From positions 558,001 through 622,000 of the forward strand of contig CM075991.1 of the NCBI GenBank assembly GCA_038087875.1: a stretch of DNA of 64,000 bases, in the 5' to 3' direction. Within the stretch, counting starts at the first letter, position 1. The number at the start of each line of letters is the position of its first letter. The translations under genes were made by a program, and so were the position numbers. Shown in pieces: positions 49,111 through 60,400 of this stretch. A model generated the notes under the pieces. It was not told where the DNA came from. It saw only the letters and a program-made list of their open reading frames with translations, and did no database searches. Source of the DNA: Malacoraja senta. Lineage: Eukaryota.

Positions 49111-49642
49111 TTCATAGAAACATAGAAACATAGAAAAAAGGTGCAGGAGGAGGCCATTCGGCCCTTCGAGCCTGCACCGCCATTCAATATGATCATGGCT
49201 GATCATCCAACTCAGTATCCTGTACCTGCGTTCTCTCCATACCCCCTGATACCTTTGGCCACAAGGGCCACATCGAACTCCCTCTTAAATATAGCCAATG
49301 AACTGGCCTCAACTACCTTCTGTTCTTTACTCATAGCCTAAGAAATAAAGGACGAACTTCCTTTAGGAAGGAGATGATGAGGAATGTATTTAGTCAGTGG
49401 TGAATCTTTCAAATTCATTGCCTTTGATGGACATTTTTAAGGTGGAGATTGACAAATTCTTGATTAGTATGGGTGTCGGAGGGTTATGGGCAGAAGACAG
49501 GAGAATGAGGTTGAGAGGGAAAGAAAGATCAGCCATGATTGATGAGCCGAATGGCCTAATTCTGCTCCTAAAACTTATGAACAGATGCGCTACAATGCTA
49601 TATTGTGCACTCTGTATCTTCCCCTTCGCTCTACCTATTGTA

Positions 49643-50378
49643 TAGCGATGTTACAAAACTTACCTTCAGCGGCGCTGCAGTTCTGCCACTGGCCGTGTGC
49701 GCGACTTTGGCGCCTTTGAGGGGGGGGGGGTTTAAAATCCAGTTTTCTACTGCCTGTCAGAGGCGGATTTCCTCGGGCTGCTAGCTGCTGAAGAATAATT
49801 TTTTTTAATCGCGAGACAATTTAATAATTAGATTAAAATAAAAAGCGACTTCTAACGTGACTACAACGTGACGGATCGCAAGAGCGGGACAAAACAAAGG
49901 GTAAGTCATTTATTTTACATATAAACTTGCTTCTTGGGAATGGCTTTAATCTAATTTTACGTTGCGAAAATGTGATTTGGGCCCCATATGAACCGGCAGT
50001 GTTTTTCCTGCCGATATGGAGTTCAACCACTGCAAATGCAACGTTCCAATCGATCGCGTTCCAGAAAAACCCACTCGCAAGATGATTTAAATGCTCTTTT
50101 TTTTACAATCATGTCATGAGCTTCTAAATCGTCTATATTTTGTGTTATTGTCTATCCATAGTCAATGTTTTTATACTAAATATCAGTTTTAGTCCCATGT
50201 ATTGTGTAAAAAAATAATAATTTTGATTATATTGAGTGGATGTTTCTAGATTAATTTATGGGAATTAAACATTAAATTCCTTCCATCTGGCATATAAATT
50301 CATGACAGTGAGATTTTAAAATCATGTTATATTGTGAATTCTTGTGTGAATGGGATTAGTTTGTTATTTGGATACTTA
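49643..50378. mobile_element. second copy of the 30439-31485 DNA transposon, opposite orientation, truncated by CR1
   Basis: TAGCGATGTTACAAAACTTACCTTCAGCGGCGCTGCAGTTCTGCCACTGG matches the reverse complement of 31436-31485. Confidence 0.85.
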
Positions 50379-50495
50379 ACCATATAACCATATAACCATA
50401 ACAGCACGGAAACAGGCCATCTCGGCCCTTCAAGTCCGTGCCGAACATTTTTTTTTAATTTTTTTTTTTTTTTAATTAAAAATAAATACTTCCCC

Positions 50496-53351
50496 CTAGT
50501 CCCATCTACCTGCACTCAGACCATAACCCTCCATTCCTTTCCCGTCCATATACCCATCCAATCTATTTTTAAAGGATAACATCAAACCTGCCTCCACCAC
50601 TTCCACTGGAAGCTCATTCCACACAGCTACCGCTCTCTGAGTAAAGAAGTTCCCCCTAATGTTCCCCCTAAACTTCTGTCCCTTAATTCTCAAGTCATGT
50701 CCCCTTGTTTGAATCTTCCCTACTCTCAATGGGAAAAGCTTATCCACGTCCACTCTGTCTAACCCGCTCATAATTTTAAAGACCTCTATCAAGTCCCCTC
50801 TTAACCTTCTGCGCTCCAAAGAATAAAGACCTAACTTGTTCAACCTTTCTCTGTAACTTAGTTGCTGAAACCCAGGCAACATTCTAGTAAATCTCCTCTG
50901 TACTCTCTCTATTTTGTTGACATCCTTCCTATAATTAGGCGACCAAAATTGTACTCCATACTCCAGAATTGGCCTCACCAATGCCTTGTACAATTTTAAC
51001 ATTACATCCCAATTTCTATATTCAATGCTCTGATTTATAAAGGCCAGCACACCAAAAGCTTTCTTTACCACCCTATCAACATGAGATTCCACCTTCAGGG
51101 AACTATGCACAGTTATTCCTAGATCCCTCTGTTCAACTGCATTCCTCAATTCGCTACCATTTACCGTGTACGTCCTATTTTGATTTGTCCTGCCGAGATG
51201 TAGCACCTCACATTTGTCAGCATTAAACTCCATCTGCCATCTTTCAACCCACTCTTCCAAATGGCCTAAATCTCTCTGTAGACTTTGAAAATCTACTTCA
51301 TTATCCACAACACCACCTATCTTAGTATCATCTGCATACTTACTAATCCAATTTTCCACACCATCATCCAGATCATTGATGTACATGACAAACAACAGTG
51401 GACCCAACACAGACCCCTGAGGCACCCCACTAGTCACCGGCCTCCAACCTGACAAACAGCCATCCACCATTACTCTCTGGCATCTCCCATTCAGCCACTG
51501 TTGAATCCATCTTGCTACTCCACCATTAATACCCAACAATTGAATCTTCTTAACCAACCTTCCATGAGGAACCTTGTCAAAGGCCTTACTGAAGTCCATA
51601 TAGACAACATCCACTGCTTTACCCTCATCAATTTCCCTAGTAACCTCTTCGAAAAATTCAAGAAGATTAGTCAAGCATGACCTTCCAGACACAAATCCAT
51701 GTTGACTGTTCCTAATCAGACCCTGCTTATCCAGATGCTTATATATATTATCTTTAAGTATCCTTTCCATTAATTTGCCCACCACTGACGTCAAACTAAC
51801 AGGTCTATAATTGCTAGGTTTACTCTTCGAACCCTTTTTAAACAACGGAACAACATGCGCAGTACGCCAATCCTCCGGCACTATTCCCGTTTCTAATGAC
51901 ATTTGAAATATTTCTGTCATAGCCCCTGCTATTTCTACACTAACTTCCCTCAATGTCCTAGGGAATATCCTGTCAGGACCTGGAGACTTATCCGTTTTCA
52001 TATTTTTCAAAAGTGTCTGCACCTCCTCTTCTTTGAATCTCACAGTTTCCATTGCTACTCTGCTTGTTTCCCTTACCTCACATAATTCCATATCCTTCTC
52101 CTTCGTGAATACCGAAGAAAAGAAATTGTTCAATATCTCCCCCATCTCTTTTGGCTCTGCAGATAGCTGTCCACTCTGACTCTCTAATGGACCAATTTTA
52201 TTCCTTGTTATCCTTTTGCTATTAATATAGCTGTAGAAACCCTTTGGATTTACTTTCACCTTACTTGCCAAAGCAACCTCATATCTTCTTTTAGCTTTTC
52301 TAATTTCTTTCTTAATATTCTTTTTACATTCTTTATACTCCTCAAGCACCTCATTTACTCCATGCTGCCTATAATTATTGTAGATCTCTCTCTTTTTCCA
52401 AACCAAGTGTCCAATTTCCCTTGAAAACCATGGCTCTTTCCATTTTTTACTATTTCCTTTCAACCGAACAGGGACATAAAGATTCTGTACTCTTAAAATT
52501 TCACCCTTAAATGTCCTCCATTTTTCTTCTACATCCTTCCCATAAAACAACATGTCCCAATTCACTCCTTTTAAATCCTTTCGCATCTCCTCAAAGTTAG
52601 CCTTTCTCCAAACAAAAATCTCAACCCTAGGTCCAGTTCTGACCCTCTCCATAATTATATTGAAACTAATGGTATTGTGATCACTGGACCCGAAGTGCTC
52701 CCCGACACATACCTCCGCCACCTGCCCTGTCTCATTTCCTAACAGGAGGTCCAGCACTGCCCCTTCTCTAGTAGGTACCTCTATGTATTGCTGCAAAAAA
52801 CTATCTTGCACACATTTTACAAACTCCAAACCATCCAGCCCTTTTACAGAATGTGTTTCCCAGTCTATGTGTGGAAAATTTAAATCTCCCACAATCACTG
52901 CCTTGTGCTTACTACTAATATCTGCTATCTCCTTACATATTTGCTCTTCCAATTCTCGCTCCCCATTTGGCGGTCTAAAATACACCCCTATAAGTGTTGC
53001 TACACCTTTCCCATTTCTCAGTTCCACCCAAATAGCCTCCCTAGACGAGCCCTCTAATCTATCCTGCCAAAGCACTGCTGTAATATCTTCCTTGACAAGC
53101 AATGCAACACCCCCACCTCTTGCCCCTCCAATTCTATCACCCCTGAAGCAACGAAATCCTGGAATATTTATTTGCCAATCACAGCCCTCCTGCAACCATG
53201 TTTCACTGATCGCCACAACATCATACTTCCAGGTGTCAATCCAGGCTCTAAGCTCATCCACCTTTCTTACAATGCTCCTAGCATTAAAATATACACATTT
53301 AAGAAACCCACCACCACATTCTCTGTTTATTATCTTTTTCTTCTTTCTCCC
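50496..53351 (-). CDS. CR1 ORF2p (APE endonuclease + reverse transcriptase), uninterrupted
   Basis: Frame open for ~950 codons: CVYFNARSI, ISETWL, VGDLN, SSDHN, SPGPD, DFSKAFDKVPH, GVPQGSVLGP, YADDTK. No in-frame ATG at the start. Confidence 0.92.
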   Translation of the reverse strand, partial: GRKKKKIINRECGGGFLKCVYFNARSIVRKVDELRAWIDTWKYDVVAISETWLQEGCDWQINIPGFRCFRGDRIGGARGGGVALLVKEDITAVLWQDRLEGSSREAIWVELRNGKGVATLIGVYFRPPNGERELEEQICKEIADISSKHKAVIVGDLNFPHIDWETHSVKGLDGLEFVKCVQDSFLQQYIEVPTREGAVLDLLLGNETGQVAEVCVGEHFGSSDHNTISFNIIMERVRTGPRVEIFVWRKANFEEMRKDLKGVNWDMLFYGKDVEEKWRTFKGEILRVQNLYVPVRLKGNSKKWKEPWFSREIGHLVWKKREIYNNYRQHGVNEVLEEYKECKKNIKKEIRKAKRRYEVALASKVKVNPKGFYSYINSKRITRNKIGPLESQSGQLSAEPKEMGEILNNFFSSVFTKEKDMELCEVRETSRVAMETVRFKEEEVQTLLKNMKTDKSPGPDRIFPRTLREVSVEIAGAMTEIFQMSLETGIVPEDWRTAHVVPLFKKGSKSKPSNYRPVSLTSVVGKLMERILKDNIYKHLDKQGLIRNSQHGFVSGRSCLTNLLEFFEEVTREIDEGKAVDVVYMDFSKAFDKVPHGRLVKKIQLLGINGGVARWIQQWLNGRCQRVMVDGCLSGWRPVTSGVPQGSVLGPLLFVMYINDLDDGVENWISKYADDTKIGGVVDNEVDFQSLQRDLGHLEEWVERWQMEFNADKCEVLHLGRTNQNRTYTVNGSELRNAVEQRDLGITVHSSLKVESHVDRVVKKAFGVLAFINQSIEYRNWDVMLKLYKALVRPILEYGVQFWSPNYRKDVNKIERVQRRFTRMLPGFQQLSYRERLNKLGLYSLERRRLRGDLIEVFKIMSGLDRVDVDKLFPLRVGKIQTRGHDLRIKGQKFRGNIRGNFFTQRAVAVWNELPVEVVEAGLMLSFKNRLDGYMDGKGMEGYGLSAGRWD

Positions 53352-53444
53352 CTACATTTTGGGTCCGAGTGCTTCCCTTCTCTGCCTCCTGCCTCCCACA
53401 TTTTCCACTAGCTTTCTCTATTTGAGTCCCTCCCCCCAACCGTT

Positions 53445-53792
53445 CTAGTTTAAAGTCTCCCCAGTAGCCTTTGCAAATCTCCCCGCCAGGATATTGGTCC
53501 CCCTCGGGTTCAAGTGCAACCCGTCCTTTCTGTACAGGTCACACCTTCCCCAAAAGAGGTCCCAATGATCCAGAAATTTGAATCCCTGCCCGCTGCACCA
53601 GTTCCTCAGCCACGCATTTATCCTCCACCTCACTCCATTCCTACTCTCACCGTCGCGTGGCACAGGTAGTAATCCTGAGATTGTTACCTTTGTAGTCCTT
53701 CTCCTTAACTCTCCTCCCAACTCCCTAAATTCTCCTTTCAAGACCTCTTCTCCTTTTCTATCTATGTCATTGGTACCTATATGTACCACAAC
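53445..53792 (-). CDS. CR1 ORF1p C-terminal SGNH esterase domain (partial)
   Basis: VVVHIGTNDI...ISGLLPVPR...FLDHWDLFW...YRKDGLHLNPRG (SGNH blocks III and V). Confidence 0.88.
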   Translation of the reverse strand, partial: VVVHIGTNDIDRKGEEVLKGEFRELGGELRRRTTKVTISGLLPVPRDGESRNGVRWRINAWLRNWCSGQGFKFLDHWDLFWGRCDLYRKDGLHLNPRGTNILAGRFAKATGETLN

Positions 53793-53992
53793 NNNNNNNN
53801 NNNNNNNNNNNNNNNNNNNNNNNNNNNNNNNNNNNNNNNNNNNNNNNNNNNNNNNNNNNNNNNNNNNNNNNNNNNNNNNNNNNNNNNNNNNNNNNNNNNN
53901 NNNNNNNNNNNNNNNNNNNNNNNNNNNNNNNNNNNNNNNNNNNNNNNNNNNNNNNNNNNNNNNNNNNNNNNNNNNNNNNNNNNNNNNNNNNN
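53793..53992. other. assembly gap (200 N)
   Basis: Run of N. Confidence 1.
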
Positions 53993-54965
53993 CTGCACCA
54001 CCCCCCATGTCCCTGGACACCTTGTCCTGCACCCCCCACCCCATGTCCTCCACCCCCCCCCCCCACCCTGTCCTGCACCCCCCCACCCTGTCCTGCACCC
54101 CCCCACCCCTGACACCCCCACCCTGTCCTGCACCCCCCCCAAGTCCTGCACCCCTCCCGCACCCTGACCTCCGCCCCTCACCCTGACCGACCCTCACCCC
54201 CACCCTGACCTGCATCCCCCTCCACCCTCACCTCCCACCCCCCCACCCTGACCTCCCCCCCCACCTTGTCCTGCACTCCCGCACCCTCACCTGCACCCCC
54301 CACCCTCACCTGCCCCCCCCACCCTGACCTACCCCCACCCTCACCTGCACCCCCCCACCCTGACGACCCTCACCCCTACCCCGACCTCCCCCCCCACCCT
54401 GACCTCCCACCCCCCACCCTCGCCAGCCCCCGCACCCTGACCTGCACTCCACCCCTCACCTGCCCCCCGAACCCTGACCTCCAGACCCTGACCGCACCCC
54501 CTCCCCGACCCTGGGCTTAGGCCCGACCCTCACCTACGCCCCGAACCCTGATCTCTCCAACCCTCGCATCCACCCCTACCCCCCAGGCCCGCACCATGAC
54601 TTCCGACCCGAACCTCCGCCCAGGACCCAGGTCCCAACCCCGGCCTCAGGCCCAAGCCCTGACCTCCGCTCCTGAGTCAGGCCCCAACTCTAACCTCCGT
54701 CACAGACAGACCCTGCCTGCCTCAGTCTGACCTCTACCCCAGGGTTAAATTGGGGTCAAATCCTTCCCCCCCCCCTCCCCTTCTCCATACATCCCAACCC
54801 TTTTCCCCTTTGACCCCCTCCCCCTGTCTCCCTTGCATCCCCCCCCCCCCGGACTCTCTCTGCCCCTGCCCCTGTGTCTTCCCTCCTTTAACGTCACACT
54901 TTGGCCGTCCCTGTACCCAGTCCCCACCCCCTAGCCCTCCCTCTGTCCAGCTCCCCGACCTCCCA
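53993..54965. repeat. C-rich low-complexity repeat (CACCCTGTCCTG / CACCCTGACC units)
   Basis: Many C4-C10 runs; the minus strand is G-rich. Confidence 0.85.
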
Positions 54966-55030
54966 CTACTGTAGTTCTCTGCCCACCTGGGGCTGGCTAA
55001 CCATCAGCTAGTCTGCGTTTCTCTGCTCAG

Positions 55031-55202
55031 GCGAGGGGTCATCCAGACGGAGTCGAGCTTTGCTGCGAGCGTGGACACTGGCTGGCTGGCGCGGGGAGTG
55101 TGGCTGCTGCTGGTCAAGCCCCTGAGGTGGACCCTCGCCTCCATCCTGGGAACTGATACCATCTTGCCCGATGAATCGTTCATTATTGTTGACCACATTA
55201 AG
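55031..55202 (+). CDS. CHMP7: CHMP7 internal coding exon (N-terminal winged-helix region with membrane-binding hydrophobic insertion)
   Basis: ctctgctcag|G...AAG|gtgaga, 172 bp. Encodes RGVIQTESSFAASVDTGWLARGVWLLLVKPLRWTLASILGTDTILPDESFIIVDHIK, matching human CHMP7 as recalled ([40 protein letters not shown]...VAVELLK). Confidence 0.9.
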
Positions 55203-55363
55203 GTGAGAGAACGTTGCCACGGGTGTTTAATTGTCATTACATTCTTGTGTAAGAAAGGAACTGCAGATGCTGGTTTCAACCGAAGATAGACACCAAATGC
55301 TGGAGTAACGCAGACGGACAGGCAGCATCTCTGGAGAGAAGGAATGGGTGACGTTTTAGATGT

Positions 55364-55391
55364 CTGAAGAAAGGTCTCGACCCGAAACGTC
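55364..55391 (+). ncRNA. minimal hammerhead ribozyme motif (Penelope type) in a CHMP7 intron, sense orientation
   Basis: CTGAAGAAAGGTCTCGACCCGAAACGTC; a second sense copy at 55624-55651. Confidence 0.6.
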
Positions 55392-55717
55392 ACCCTTTCC
55401 TTCTCACAACTGCATTCTTACTGGCTGAAGCATAAAAGGTCTGTAATAGCAATACATGCGTAATGTAATAAATTACTAACGTAATACTAGGTAACTACAC
55501 TAGTCTAGTGCAACCAAAGGCAGGTCACACTTGTTGAGGTTAGTGCTGTGTAGTAGAAACTAGGAATGCAGATGCTGACACATAATACTGGAGTAACTGA
55601 GCCAGTCAAGCAGTGTCTTCAGACTGAAGAAGCGTCTCATCCCGAAACGTCATCCATCCATGTTGTTCAGGAATGCTGCCTGACCTACTGCGTTATTCCA
55701 GCACTTTGTGTCTTTCT

Positions 55718-57432
55718 AACAAGGAAACGGCAGAGGAGTTGAACAGGTACTTCCGATCTGTCTTCACAAACAATCTCCCAGATGTACTGGAGGACAGAGG
55801 ATCTAAGGGGTAGAGGAACTGAAATAAATTTTCATTAGGGCGAAAATAGTATTGGGTAGGCTAAAGGATGATAAATCCCCTGGGCCTGATGGTCTGCATA
55901 CCAGGGTCCTCAGGGAGGTGGCTCCAGAAATAGTGGACGCATTGGTGATCATTTTCTAATGTTCAATAGATTCAGGATCAGTTCCTGTGGATTGGAGGAT
56001 AGCTGATGTTATCCCACTTTCAAGAAAGGAGCGAGAGAGTAAACGGGGAATTACAGACCAGTTAGCCTGACTTCGGTGGTGGGAAAGATGCTGGAGTCAA
56101 TTACTAAAGAGATAATAATGGGGCATTTGGACAGCAGTAAAAGGATTAGTCCAAGTCAAATGATTTATGAAAGGGAAATCATGCTTGACTAATCTTCTGG
56201 AATTTTTTGAGGATGTGACAAGTAAAATGGATGAAGGGGTGCCAGTGGATGTAGTGTATCTAGACTTTCAGAAAGCCTTTGATAAGGTCCCGCACGAGAG
56301 ACTGATGACTAAAATTAGGGCACATGGTATTGGGGGTAGGGTGTTGACATGGATAGAAAATTGGTTGGCAGACAGGAAGCAAAGAGTAGGAGTGAACGGG
56401 TCCTTTTCAGAATGGCAGGCAGTGGCGAGTGGAGTGCCGCAAGGCTCGGTGTTGGGGCCCGCAACTGTTTACCATATATATTAATGATTTGGAACAAGGA
56501 ATTAGGAGCAACACTAGCAAGTTTGCGGATGACACAAAGCTGGGTGGCAATGTGAACTGTGAAGAGGATGTTAGGAGGTTGCAGGGTGACCTGGACAGGT
56601 TGAGTGAGTGAGCAGATGAGTGGCAGATGCAGTATAATATAGATAAATGTGAGGTTATCCACTTTGGCGGCAAAAACAAGGGTGCAGATTATTATCTCAA
56701 TGGGGTTAGGTTAGGTAAGGGGGAGGTGCAGCGAGACCTGGGTGTCCTTGTACACCGGTCACTGAAGTTGGCATGCAGATACAGCAGGCAGTGAAGAAAG
56801 CTAATGGAATGTTGGCCTTCATAACAAGAGGATTTCAGAACAAAGAACAAAGAGGTTCTTCTGCAGTTGTATAGGGCTCTGGTAAGACCACATCTGGAGT
56901 ATTGTGTACAGTTTTAGTCTCCTAATTTGAGGTAGGACATCCTTGTGACGCAGTGCGGCGTAGGTTCACGAGATTGATCCCTGGGATGGTGGGACTGTCA
57001 TATGAGGAAAGATTGAAAAGACTAGGCTTGTATTCACTGAAGTTAGAAGATGAGGGGGATCTTATAGAAACTTATAAAAGGACTGGACAAGCTAGATGCA
57101 GGAAAAATGTTCCCAATGTTGGGCGAGTCCAGAACAGGGCCACAGTCTTAGAATAAAGGGGAGTCCATTTAAGACTGAGGTGAGAATAAAATTTTTCACC
57201 CAGAGAGTTGTGAATTTGTGGAATTCCTGCCACAGGAGGGCAGTGGAGGCCAAATCACTGGATGGGTTTAAGAGAGAGTTGGATAGAGCTCTAGGGGCTA
57301 GTGGAATCAAGGGATATGGGGAGAGGGCAGGCACGGGTATTGATTGGGGACGATCAGCCATGATCACAATGAATGGCGGTACTGGCTCGAAGGGCCGAAT
57401 GGCCTCGTGCATCTCTTTTCTATGTTTCTATA
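55718..57432 (+). mobile_element. CR1 ORF2 3' half, disrupted
   Basis: KSPGPDG...KSCLTNLLEFFEDVT...YLDFQKAFDKVPH...FADDTK...; (CTATGTTT) tail. Confidence 0.9.
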
Positions 57433-57439
57433 GTGTTGT

Positions 57440-60400
57440 GCAGGTTCAAGAGCCTGATGGTTCTTAGGAAGAAACTCTTCCTGAACCTGGAGGTCGCTGT
57501 TTTCAGGTTCCTGTACCTTCTACACAAAGGCAGGAGTGAGATGAAAGCATGACTGTGGTGGTGTGGGCTGCCTTTTTGAGGCAGCGACTCCTGTGTTGGT
57601 GGAGGGGTCAGTACCTGTGATGGACCGGGCAGTGTCCACCACTCTCGAATAATTAAATGTATTCCACAGTGTCAACTATGATGGAACCTGGAGCGCTCCC
57701 AATAATGTATTTTGAGTTGATTTAATATTGGTTCATTAGTCAAGTCAAGTGAGTTTATTGTCATGTGTCCCTGATAGGACAATGAAATTCTTGCTTTGCT
57801 TCAGCACAGCAGAACATCGTAGGCATTGACTACAGGCATTCTATAAATATATACACACATGAATCAATATACTGATAAAGTGCAAATAACAGTTAATTGC
57901 TAATAAAGTTCAGTGTTTTGTCCGAGCCAGGTTTAATAGCCTGATGGCTGTGGGGAAGTAGCTATTCCTGAACCTGGTCGTTGCAGTCTTCAGGCTCCTG
58001 TACCTTCTTCCTGAAGGTAGTAGGGAGATGAGTGTGTGGCCAGGATGGTGTGGGTCCTTGATGATACTGCCAGCCTTTTGAGGCAGCGACTGCGATAGAT
58101 CCCCTCGATGGAAGGGAGGTCAGAGCCGATGATGGACTGGGCAGTGTTTACTACTTTTTGTAGTCTTTTCCTCTCCAGGGCGCTCAAGTTGCCGAACCAA
58201 GCAACGATGCAACCGGTCAGCATGCTCTCTACTGTGCACCTGTAGAAGTTAGAGAGAGTCCTCCTTGACAAACCAACTCTCCGTAATCTTCTCAGGAAGT
58301 AGAGGCGCTGATGTGCTTTCTTAATAATGGCATCAGTATTCTCGGACCAGGAAAGATCTTCAGAGATGTGCACGCGGAGGGACAGGCCTTAACACTGAGC
58401 ACCCAGGAGGTACTGTGCGCTCTGCGTAGGATCAATCCACGCAAGGCTGCAGGCCCGGATGGGATCCAGGGAAGGGTACTAAAGGACTGTGCTGTACAGC
58501 TGGCGGAGGTATTCACGAGAATCTTCAATCTGTCTCTATCCCTGGCAACGGTCCCCAAGTGCCTGAAAACAGCCACCATAGTGCCGGTGCCAAAAAGTCC
58601 AAAGTCACCAACCTGAACGACTACCGCCGGTTGCCCTAACTCCAATCCCAATGAAGTGCTTCGAAAGGCTGGTCCTCTCCCATATCAAATCCAGCATCCT
58701 GCCTCACTGGACTCCCATCAATTTGCATACAGGGCAAATAGCTCAACAGAGGATGCCATCTCTCTGGCTCTTCACACTGTCCTGACTCACCTGGACAGCA
58801 GGGCACGTATGTGAGGATGCTCTTCATTGACTATAGCTCTGCATTCATACGGTCATCCCCACCAAGCTCACCACCAAACTCCACCAGCTAGGCCTCAGCT
58901 CGCCGATATGCGATTGGATCCTGAACCTTCTGACGGAGCGACCGCAGGCAGTGAGACTGGGCCCGCCCCTGTCCTCCACTATCACCCTGAACACGGCACA
59001 CCACAGGGCTGTGTACTAAGCCCCATGCTCTACTCCCTCTTCACTCACGACTGTGTCCCTGCATTCGACACCAACACCATCGTGAAGTTTGCAGATGACA
59101 CAACAGTGATTGGGCTGATCACCAACGGTGATGAAACAAAATACAGAGCGGAGGTGCAGAACCTGGCGGACTGGTGCGCTCATAACAACTTGTCACTAAA
59201 CACCTCCAAGACCAAGGAGCTGATTATTGACTTCAGGAGGTCCCATAATGGAGAATACGCCCCAATCTCCATTTACGGGGAAAGTGTGGAGAGAGTGTCC
59301 AGCTTTAAGTTTCTGGGCACTCACATTTCAGAGGACCTCACATGGTCCAACAACACCGCTGCACTGGTCAAGAAGGCACAGCAACGACTGTTCTTCCTGA
59401 GGACATTAAAAAAGACTGGTGTGCCCCAACAGCTGCTGACAACGTTCTACCGCTGCACCACAGAGAGCATATTAACGTATGGCATCTCTGTGTGGTATCT
59501 CAGCTGCACGGAGGCGAGAGGAGAGCTCTTCAGCGCGTCGTTCACAGAGCGCAGAGGATCATTGGGACAGAGCTACCAGCCTTGGAGGGCATCTACCACA
59601 CACGGTGCCTCAGGCAGGCCGTCAGCATCCATAAGGACTCATCACACCCTTGTAACGGACTGCTTGAACTACTTCCCTCCGGCAGACGTTACAAGGCCTT
59701 CTACGCCAGACCTCCAGACTCAGAAACAGCTTTATTCAAGAGCTATTGCGGCTCTGAACCGGCCCTGCTGAGTGCCCCCCCTGGACAGTCTCCCTCGGAT
59801 GGTCACGTCACTCAACTTGCTTGCTTATTTATTTATTTTACTTTTCCTGTACATCGGTGGAGCATGCATACTAAATCTCGTTGCACTGATGGCAATGACA
59901 ATAAAGATATTATTATTATTATTATTATTAATTTGAAGGTCTTGACCCTTTCAACCATCGACCCGTTGATATAAACGGGACTGTGGGTCCCCATCCTACT
60001 CCTTCCAAAGTCCACAATCAGTTCCTTGGTTTTGCTGGTGTTGAGGGCCAGGTTGTTGTCCTGGCACCATATGGACAGTTGCTCGATCTCTCTTCTATAC
60101 TCTGACTCATCCCCATCAGTGATACGTCCCACAACAGTGGTGTTGTACACGAACATTACCATCAAATGTTCCAAAATATAGTGAAGAGCGTGTTTTATGC
60201 AAGGAAAAACATCAAAACCATGCGTACGTACATGAGAGAGGTACGTGAACACAAAGAGAAGGGAACAGTACAGAATGTGGTGTCACAGCTGCAGAGAAAG
60301 TGCAGATAAATAAAAGTTCCAGGGCTGCAATGAGGTTGATTGGGAGATTGGAATACATCCCGAGCTTATGGAAGGACCGTTCCGTAGTCTGAGAACAGGA

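Larger units (their letters stand above)
50378..53792 (-). mobile_element. young CR1 LINE: ORF1 esterase (partial), intact ORF2, 3'UTR and (ATATGGTT)n tail
   Basis: See the ORF features; the 5' end runs into the gap. Confidence 0.95.
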
